A stretch of DNA of 64,000 bases from a bacterium (GTDB lineage: Bacteria; Patescibacteriota; Microgenomatia; Levybacterales; UBA12049), in the NCBI GenBank assembly GCA_021777565.1, contig JAJYDJ010000005.1, positions 30,400-94,399 of the forward strand. The letters run 5' to 3'. The position numbers and the translations under genes were made by a program. This document shows, piece after piece, positions 57,929-64,000 of the stretch (its first letter is position 1; each line of letters begins with the position of its first letter). The notes beneath the pieces are model-generated. The model was not told the origin of the DNA and made no database searches. It saw nothing but the letters and a program-made list of their open reading frames with translations.

Positions 57929-59578
57929 CTAGGTCGCCTTTATTTCTTTATAGAGCCACCAGATGAGAAGTACCCAAATCCCTAAAGCCAAATACAGATT
58001 GATGGCATCTAACTTCATCCCCCAAAAGGTATCATGAATAACGGAGATTGGCCTAAAGTATTCAGGGATATTCGCCTGATATAAATAGTATCGTACGGCC
58101 AGCACATACCCCATGACAATAGAGTACGTCATTATTTTTTTAAGTGAAAGTCCTCCTAAAATTGCAAACGGGACGAACCATATCCACCATTGAATAGAAA
58201 TAAATGGGAGCATGATAAGAAACACCAGCATAATGATAAGCATTTCCTGAATAAGTGTCTTGCGCGACCTGAGGAATACCCAACCATACGCAAGAAGTAA
58301 ACTTCCATAAAGGAAAATTCTATCTATTTGTGCACTATGTAAAATTTTAAATACTGCTCTCACAGGCAGAAGTGTTGGGTATAATTGGTACAAATACGCT
58401 GAGATAAAGGATGTCCCCCAGAAATTAAGTTCTATGCCATAATTGACAAAATTATTCATAACTTCTCTATAGCTGAGCATGAATGGCACTATCATTGATA
58501 CTGAAAGTGGCATAAGTGCAATGAATGTAAAGAGTATTTTTTCTTTCCATGTTGGCAATCGTTTCAAGAACAATGGCAAGAAGATAACAGGGAAAACTTT
58601 TAATGCGATCCCTGCGCTTAGTGCCCATGCAGAAGATAACTTTTTATTTTTCTCAAACAGCGTCCACGCAACAAGGCTGCAAAAGATCCAAATACTATCA
58701 ATTTGTCCATGGAACCCACTGACAAGTACCGCAACTGGATTAAGCGCGTATAGTAGGGCCCACAGGAATGCAGAAGACTGCTTTTTAGGACGCGAAAAGA
58801 ACGAGAAAATCAAAAGAGTAATACCAACATCAGAAAGAATAGATGGCAACTTAGATAGAAATACGAAGGAAGCTTGTGTAAACCAACTTATATACTGTAG
58901 CCCAACAAGCATAGCCAGCCACAACGGTGGATACGCATAGTTCGCATCACTGTACGGATTATGTCCTGACAAGTAACTAAATACTAGTTGTATATGGACA
59001 CTCGTATCCATAGTGCCATAGAAGTGTGTTGCCAACCAAGCTCGAGGTATATAGGCAATAATTGCCAGCACAATATATGGGAGAAGTTTTTTTACTTTTC
59101 TAAATGGTAATGAGGGGAGAGAAAAAGTTCCAAAAGTAACTTTTTGTTCTGTAAAGTAGCGAACGACACTCAATATGAGTGCCCCATACGCAACAAATGC
59201 TATTTCATCTGCAAATGAATCGCTATGTATGAAGTGGAGCGCAAATGCACTGAGGAGACTTACCATTCCAGCGAGAAGTAAAAATCTACTGGACAAACGA
59301 TATACTGCTACAAGTAAACCCGCACCAATTATCATTATAACCTCCCTGGTAAAAATAAGATTTGTGTATGGCAATTTATTCAGACAGACAAGTAATGTCA
59401 TGAAAGAAACAATACCAACTATTTTTTTGGAGGTAATTCCACACACATAGAAGACAAACATAATTGCAACATATCCTAAGATAGTAGGATAAATGTGAAT
59501 AAATGGACTCAGCAGGAAAACTTTCTCAAGTAGAAAAAGACCTGCTAGTGCACCTAATGTAATACTAAGATTTTTCAT
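57929..59578 (-). CDS. GT-C mannosyltransferase-like protein (GT87/PIG-M-like)
   Basis: YAYPPL, KLPSILSD, LNP, HGQIDS, K.FP. Confidence 0.7.
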   Translation of the reverse strand: MKNLSITLGALAGLFLLEKVFLLSPFIHIYPTILGYVAIMFVFYVCGITSKKIVGIVSFMTLLVCLNKLPYTNLIFTREVIMIIGAGLLVAVYRLSSRFLLLAGMVSLLSAFALHFIHSDSFADEIAFVAYGALILSVVRYFTEQKVTFGTFSLPSLPFRKVKKLLPYIVLAIIAYIPRAWLATHFYGTMDTSVHIQLVFSYLSGHNPYSDANYAYPPLWLAMLVGLQYISWFTQASFVFLSKLPSILSDVGITLLIFSFFSRPKKQSSAFLWALLYALNPVAVLVSGFHGQIDSIWIFCSLVAWTLFEKNKKLSSAWALSAGIALKVFPVIFLPLFLKRLPTWKEKILFTFIALMPLSVSMIVPFMLSYREVMNNFVNYGIELNFWGTSFISAYLYQLYPTLLPVRAVFKILHSAQIDRIFLYGSLLLAYGWVFLRSRKTLIQEMLIIMLVFLIMLPFISIQWWIWFVPFAILGGLSLKKIMTYSIVMGYVLAVRYYLYQANIPEYFRPISVIHDTFWGMKLDAINLYLALGIWVLLIWWLYKEIKAT

Positions 59579-62500
59579 ATGTTCGAGTTCTCCATAAAAT
59601 AATCAAGCACCCAATAAGTGTCAGTATACTTATCCCTGCTCCGATCACAAACCCCACTTGTGGCATAAAAACAAGAGAGATTGTGTGTGGTGCCCAATCT
59701 TGGTAATCTGATTGATCAATATACCATGCGTTTGCAAATGAGTTCGCTTGAAAATGTCTTCGCTCTGGAACCGGCTTCTCGTCAACAAAAAGCTTCCAAC
59801 TTGGATAATAGGTATCTGGTAGATATACCAGACCTGACATTGGCTTTGTCAGTCTTGTTACATAATATGTATTATTTAATTTTGATAGTGGGATTATTGG
59901 CTGTGGGGCAAGTGCACGAGTTGTTACAAACAAGAATGAATTTTGTAACGGTTCTTGCTCGAGTGTGACATTACTTACTGACATTGCATGTTCTACAATG
60001 ACTGAATATGCAGTCGGTTTTTGTTTAGGAGAAAATATTATATCGAAATCATGAGACTGTCCATCTAAAACTGGCAAAATCTCACGTATCCCGTCTTCTG
60101 ATGAAACTGTCGGCACAATGCGAACATACCCAGAAGTGTCGGGAGACAATGTATATACAATATGTAAACGATAGGACATCTCTGGAGAAAGCATTGGTGT
60201 TTGCCATATTGTTTTCCCAGGGGTTTGTTCCATCTCAGTTAACTCTGTTGGGAACGTAGCATGAACAGTGTGCATCCCTGCTGACAAATACAAAGGTTTC
60301 GTAGGATCAAATTCTTTCCCATCAAGAGACAAGGAAAGTATATTTTTATCTGAGAGTGGCGTTGAGATACGATACATGTCACCAGAGATGACTGAAAGCT
60401 GATAGTCTTGTTGGCCCCACATTTGGACATACCCGACCTGTTGATACAATGACTGCATGTGATTCGCAAGACCAACGAGAAGATCTTTGCTTGTTTGATC
60501 ACCCATGTCGATATTGATGAAGATGTCACTAAGGAAACTCAGGACATGTAAGGCATACGTTGTGTTATACGGACTCGGATTGGCTTGTGATATTGCAGCT
60601 ACTTGATCTAAATCTTTTTTAATAGCTTCAAATACTAGCTGATAACTTTGACTATCTTTACTTCGATCAATTGAGAGTAAAAATGCAGTATTTTTCAAAC
60701 TATTTCCAAGTAGGTAGTTCAGTTTTTCTGAGCCAGAAAGACTTTGTGCTGTTTGCGTCTGTTTATTAAGATCTCGTTTGACAAACCAAGGACTCGAGAA
60801 AATTCTTTTAAATACGTTAACTGTAGGGAGCTTCAATTCTAAGTGAGGGAGGTTGCAGGTAATACACTCTGCACTAATCGCTTCATTTGCCTCGAAAGGG
60901 AGATGATCTCCTTTTGGATCAATAGTCATTGTTGCCCCTTGAGTACCAGAGGTCACAAGAGAAAGCGCACTCGATGTGTCAACTGATGTCGCAATAATTT
61001 GAGCCTGGGATGTTGTAATACCATCATGCAACGAATATATATCCCACATCCCAAATGTCTTCACTTTTGAGAACATCTTCATGTGTTCTATCGCATTGGT
61101 AAATATCGCTGGGTCCTCTGCAGGAATCCACGCTAACTTCCTCTCAACATCCCGCTGGACAATAACGTGGGTAACGCCAAGCAAATGCAATAATTGTTCT
61201 GTCTTTTGTTCATTATGATCACGAAGACTCTGATAGATTTGAGAAAGAATAATATTCTCTGAAGAAGTAATTGATGTATTATTCGTAAAGTTCGTTTGTT
61301 GCATTAATAATGATGTTGGAGGATTCCCAAAACTGTAATAGCCCCATTGATACGCAATACCATCCCACTGCGCATTTAATGGAGGAAGTACAAGAAATTT
61401 ATCAGACTGTGGCTGCACTTTTGCCCATTGATCAAAATCATTCACATACGGCGGAACTGAGACAAGAAGAGAAAGCGGTCTATTCCAGTCAAACATGTGT
61501 CGTTGAAAATAAGGAAAGTTGTAAAATCCTAAGATGACGATAAAACACACAAGTCCAGCATACCCAATGCGTTTTGGCACTCTGGCAAGAATCATTTCAA
61601 TACCCAATCCGATAAGTAATGCCGTACTAATAGAAATCAGATAGTTAAACTTAAACCACGCACTTCTTAAAATAAGAAATCCTGGCACATGGACAAAAAA
61701 GAACTCAAAAAGTGTACCTGTTGGTGGGTGTGATCCCGCAGCGAAAAACATCCCAACAAGAAGAATCCCTAAGAAAATTATCGCATATTTCTTTATCTTG
61801 TCATTGCTTAAAATCACGCCACATAAGGCCAGTGGAACCCATAGGAAACTTCCCAGTACCAGAAGGGGATTCGTCAGGAAGAACGGACCAAATGGATGGC
61901 TCGTTCCCTTTTCATACCAGCCAGGTTCTCCTTGTAATTGAAAAAGATGCAAAAGTGATGCACTAACACTCACGCTCCTGAGCCAATTAATAGGACCATC
62001 CACACTAATACTCCCTATCGCATCAAAAATAGTGTGGGTGAACTGCCAAAATGGGATGATCCAATAGGCATCAAGCAGAAAAAGTGCTGCGGCAGTGCTT
62101 GCGGCAAAAGTAATAAGTCGTTTTGCTCCTTTTATAAGTGGTTCATTCTCATCACTGTTGACATACCAGACACCCAGCCCAAAGATTGTTATAAATATCA
62201 TCATCCCTGCATAGAGAGGAAGACCTTCGCTCCCATCTGCATTAAAAACAAAAAGCGTAAGAGCAGATAAAATACTTGCTCTTACAATCGACATCTTTTT
62301 TACTAACATTCTGAACACCAAAGACCCCACAAGGGTAGTTGCAATAATCATTGAGAATCTTGTTCTCTCAATCACCGGCCATGCTTGTAAAGTAAAGCTA
62401 TTAAACATGAGAAAAAGTGCAGCAATGAGGGGGAACAAACGTAGCTTTTTATCGCTTATTGTCCTTGCAAAGATATACTGAGCAAACCCAATCATGAAGA

Positions 62501-62801
62501 ACCATGAAACAAAGATTACTTTTTGCTGCATTTGTGGAGAAAGTCCTAATGCTGCGGTAAGAGCTTCCTGACCATGCAAGAAGATACCACCGACGCTCAT
62601 TGAAGTATCTTGCCCAAACCCAAAACGATTAGTCCACAAAAATAGTCTGTCAATAAAGTTGACTACTGAATCTAGTGGATACCCCGAATCAAAGCCAGTA
62701 ATAAATGCATTCCCCGTAAACCAAAAAAGAGGAGTTAGACTCACAAGAAAGAGAATTATTAAATCAATAGGTATGCGATGTAATAGTGTTTCTTTCTTCA
62801 T
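59565..62801 (-). CDS. Large GT-C-like membrane protein (AftD/DUF3367-like)
   Basis: N-terminal multi-TM with GFDSG and LRSAWFKF, large soluble domain, ANSFANAW, C-terminal TM. Confidence 0.65.
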   Translation of the reverse strand: MKKETLLHRIPIDLIILFLVSLTPLFWFTGNAFITGFDSGYPLDSVVNFIDRLFLWTNRFGFGQDTSMSVGGIFLHGQEALTAALGLSPQMQQKVIFVSWFFMIGFAQYIFARTISDKKLRLFPLIAALFLMFNSFTLQAWPVIERTRFSMIIATTLVGSLVFRMLVKKMSIVRASILSALTLFVFNADGSEGLPLYAGMMIFITIFGLGVWYVNSDENEPLIKGAKRLITFAASTAAALFLLDAYWIIPFWQFTHTIFDAIGSISVDGPINWLRSVSVSASLLHLFQLQGEPGWYEKGTSHPFGPFFLTNPLLVLGSFLWVPLALCGVILSNDKIKKYAIIFLGILLVGMFFAAGSHPPTGTLFEFFFVHVPGFLILRSAWFKFNYLISISTALLIGLGIEMILARVPKRIGYAGLVCFIVILGFYNFPYFQRHMFDWNRPLSLLVSVPPYVNDFDQWAKVQPQSDKFLVLPPLNAQWDGIAYQWGYYSFGNPPTSLLMQQTNFTNNTSITSSENIILSQIYQSLRDHNEQKTEQLLHLLGVTHVIVQRDVERKLAWIPAEDPAIFTNAIEHMKMFSKVKTFGMWDIYSLHDGITTSQAQIIATSVDTSSALSLVTSGTQGATMTIDPKGDHLPFEANEAISAECITCNLPHLELKLPTVNVFKRIFSSPWFVKRDLNKQTQTAQSLSGSEKLNYLLGNSLKNTAFLLSIDRSKDSQSYQLVFEAIKKDLDQVAAISQANPSPYNTTYALHVLSFLSDIFINIDMGDQTSKDLLVGLANHMQSLYQQVGYVQMWGQQDYQLSVISGDMYRISTPLSDKNILSLSLDGKEFDPTKPLYLSAGMHTVHATFPTELTEMEQTPGKTIWQTPMLSPEMSYRLHIVYTLSPDTSGYVRIVPTVSSEDGIREILPVLDGQSHDFDIIFSPKQKPTAYSVIVEHAMSVSNVTLEQEPLQNSFLFVTTRALAPQPIIPLSKLNNTYYVTRLTKPMSGLVYLPDTYYPSWKLFVDEKPVPERRHFQANSFANAWYIDQSDYQDWAPHTISLVFMPQVGFVIGAGISILTLIGCLIILWRTRTYEKS

Positions 62802-63008
62802 AACAAGTATGTTTGTAAAAAAACTTGTGCCTTGCTCGAGTATAGCATGAATCATACCAGAGTATCTATAATTTTCACATACTATTTTTAGATTTATACA
62901 AAGGTAATCTTTCAGGGGAAATACAGACTTATTATTTTTAGATCATAAACGAGCATCTGTGACCACAATTACAAATTGATACATTAATTTGTATGAAGTA
63001 AGTGCTTA

Positions 63009-64000
63009 TTACAATTCTATGTCATTATATGCAGCCAAATCACCAATGAGGGCACGAAAGTATGACAGGGGAACAGATTTCTTAATATGTAAGAAAATAG
63101 TCTCATCACTTACTTTGCGGATATTTTTCTGCACTCTCTCCCTGTCTTCAAGAAGTCTACCCAGATTGCTTATGTTCCACCACATTGCACGCTGAATCGC
63201 AAGGAAGAAAACAAATGTATGAAATTTCACTACACTCCCAAAAGCAAACAGTTCACAGATGGCTGCATGAAAAGGTATCATGATGAATGCATGTTTGGTA
63301 TCTAAGTTTTTAATCAGTGATGCAAGCCTATTTTTAAATGAATGGTAGTAGACGAAAGTTGAAGGAAGATGTTGTGACGTTTGGCTTCCTACATGTTCGA
63401 CAACAGACGTCGGCACATAGTATAGCTTATATCCAGCAAGCCAAAGTCTCCAACACAAATCAGTCTCCTCAAAATATGCAAAATAGTCCTTATCGAACAA
63501 ACCAAACACTTTCTCAATTGCACTTTTTCTCAGAAGTAAGCAAGATCCGTTTGCAGAGAAAACAGGAATCATTTTGTTATATTTTAGGTCTTTGGGATTC
63601 TTGCCAAATCCGTAATGATATAAAAATCCTGTATCAGTTAAAAACGATGCTCCCGCCTGCAGTTGTTTTGTCTTCTCCATTAAAATTTTTGGTTGCACAC
63701 CAGCAATGAATGCTTCCTTTTCTATCGCATCCACTAAAATATCTAAAAAGTTTGATGGCACATAGACATCATTGTTAATTAACAACACATATTTACCTTT
63801 TGCAAAAGGAAGGCCTTGATTATTTCCTTCTGCAAAGCCTTTGTTTGTTTTATTCACGACGAATTTTGCATGAGGAAAAGCTTTTTTCATCATGGCAAGA
63901 CTGTTATCAGTTGAACCATTGTCGACGATAATGTATTCAAGATTTTTATAAGCACATTTTTTCATCGTCGCAAGAAATTTGGGAATATGTGATGCGCCAT
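63009..64000 (-). CDS. GT2 glycosyltransferase (5' end outside window)
   Basis: Frame is open to the window edge (..GASHIPKFLATMKK); VDNGSTD, GFAEGNN, LINND, YFEETDLCWR. Confidence 0.9.
   Translation of the reverse strand, partial: GASHIPKFLATMKKCAYKNLEYIIVDNGSTDNSLAMMKKAFPHAKFVVNKTNKGFAEGNNQGLPFAKGKYVLLINNDVYVPSNFLDILVDAIEKEAFIAGVQPKILMEKTKQLQAGASFLTDTGFLYHYGFGKNPKDLKYNKMIPVFSANGSCLLLRKSAIEKVFGLFDKDYFAYFEETDLCWRLWLAGYKLYYVPTSVVEHVGSQTSQHLPSTFVYYHSFKNRLASLIKNLDTKHAFIMIPFHAAICELFAFGSVVKFHTFVFFLAIQRAMWWNISNLGRLLEDRERVQKNIRKVSDETIFLHIKKSVPLSYFRALIGDLAAYNDIEL

Noticed and set aside
62856-63008. AT-rich intergenic stretch as origin or ncRNA
   Set aside because: No DnaA-box cluster or stable hairpin seen; consistent with a promoter region.
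1-64000. Alternative genetic code (TGA=Gly), CRISPR arrays, rRNA, transposases, prophage
   Set aside because: Conserved genes are full length under code 11 and several end in TGA; no repeat-spacer array, rRNA or mobile-element ORF was recognised.

Overview
Housekeeping region of a reduced-genome bacterium. Gene content and style point to Patescibacteria/CPR, probably Microgenomates-like (inference). TGA is used as a stop, so the genetic code is 11. The left part holds gatA/gatC, an M20 dipeptidase, a bacillithiol-type cluster (bshB1, bshA and a 548-aa orphan in the bshC position) behind a leader-peptide attenuator-like element, then gatD/murT, htpX, lemA and polX. The middle holds three tRNAs (Asp-GTC, Gly-CCC, Val-CAC), a dcw cluster split into two convergent blocks, lepB, parB, rpmA, rplU, rodA, a GXHH-type IleRS2, ftsZ and an ABC-F. 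glyQS is preceded by a very small T-box riboswitch with an ultrashort Stem I, no Stem II and an intrinsic terminator. The right ~25 kb is a surface-glycan cluster rich in GT4, GT2 and GT-C enzymes, including an O-antigen-ligase/GT-C fusion. Many genes look leaderless (-10 hexamer exactly 6 nt before ATG). No CRISPR array, rRNA, transposase or integrase was seen. All protein calls come from motif recognition by eye, not database searches.
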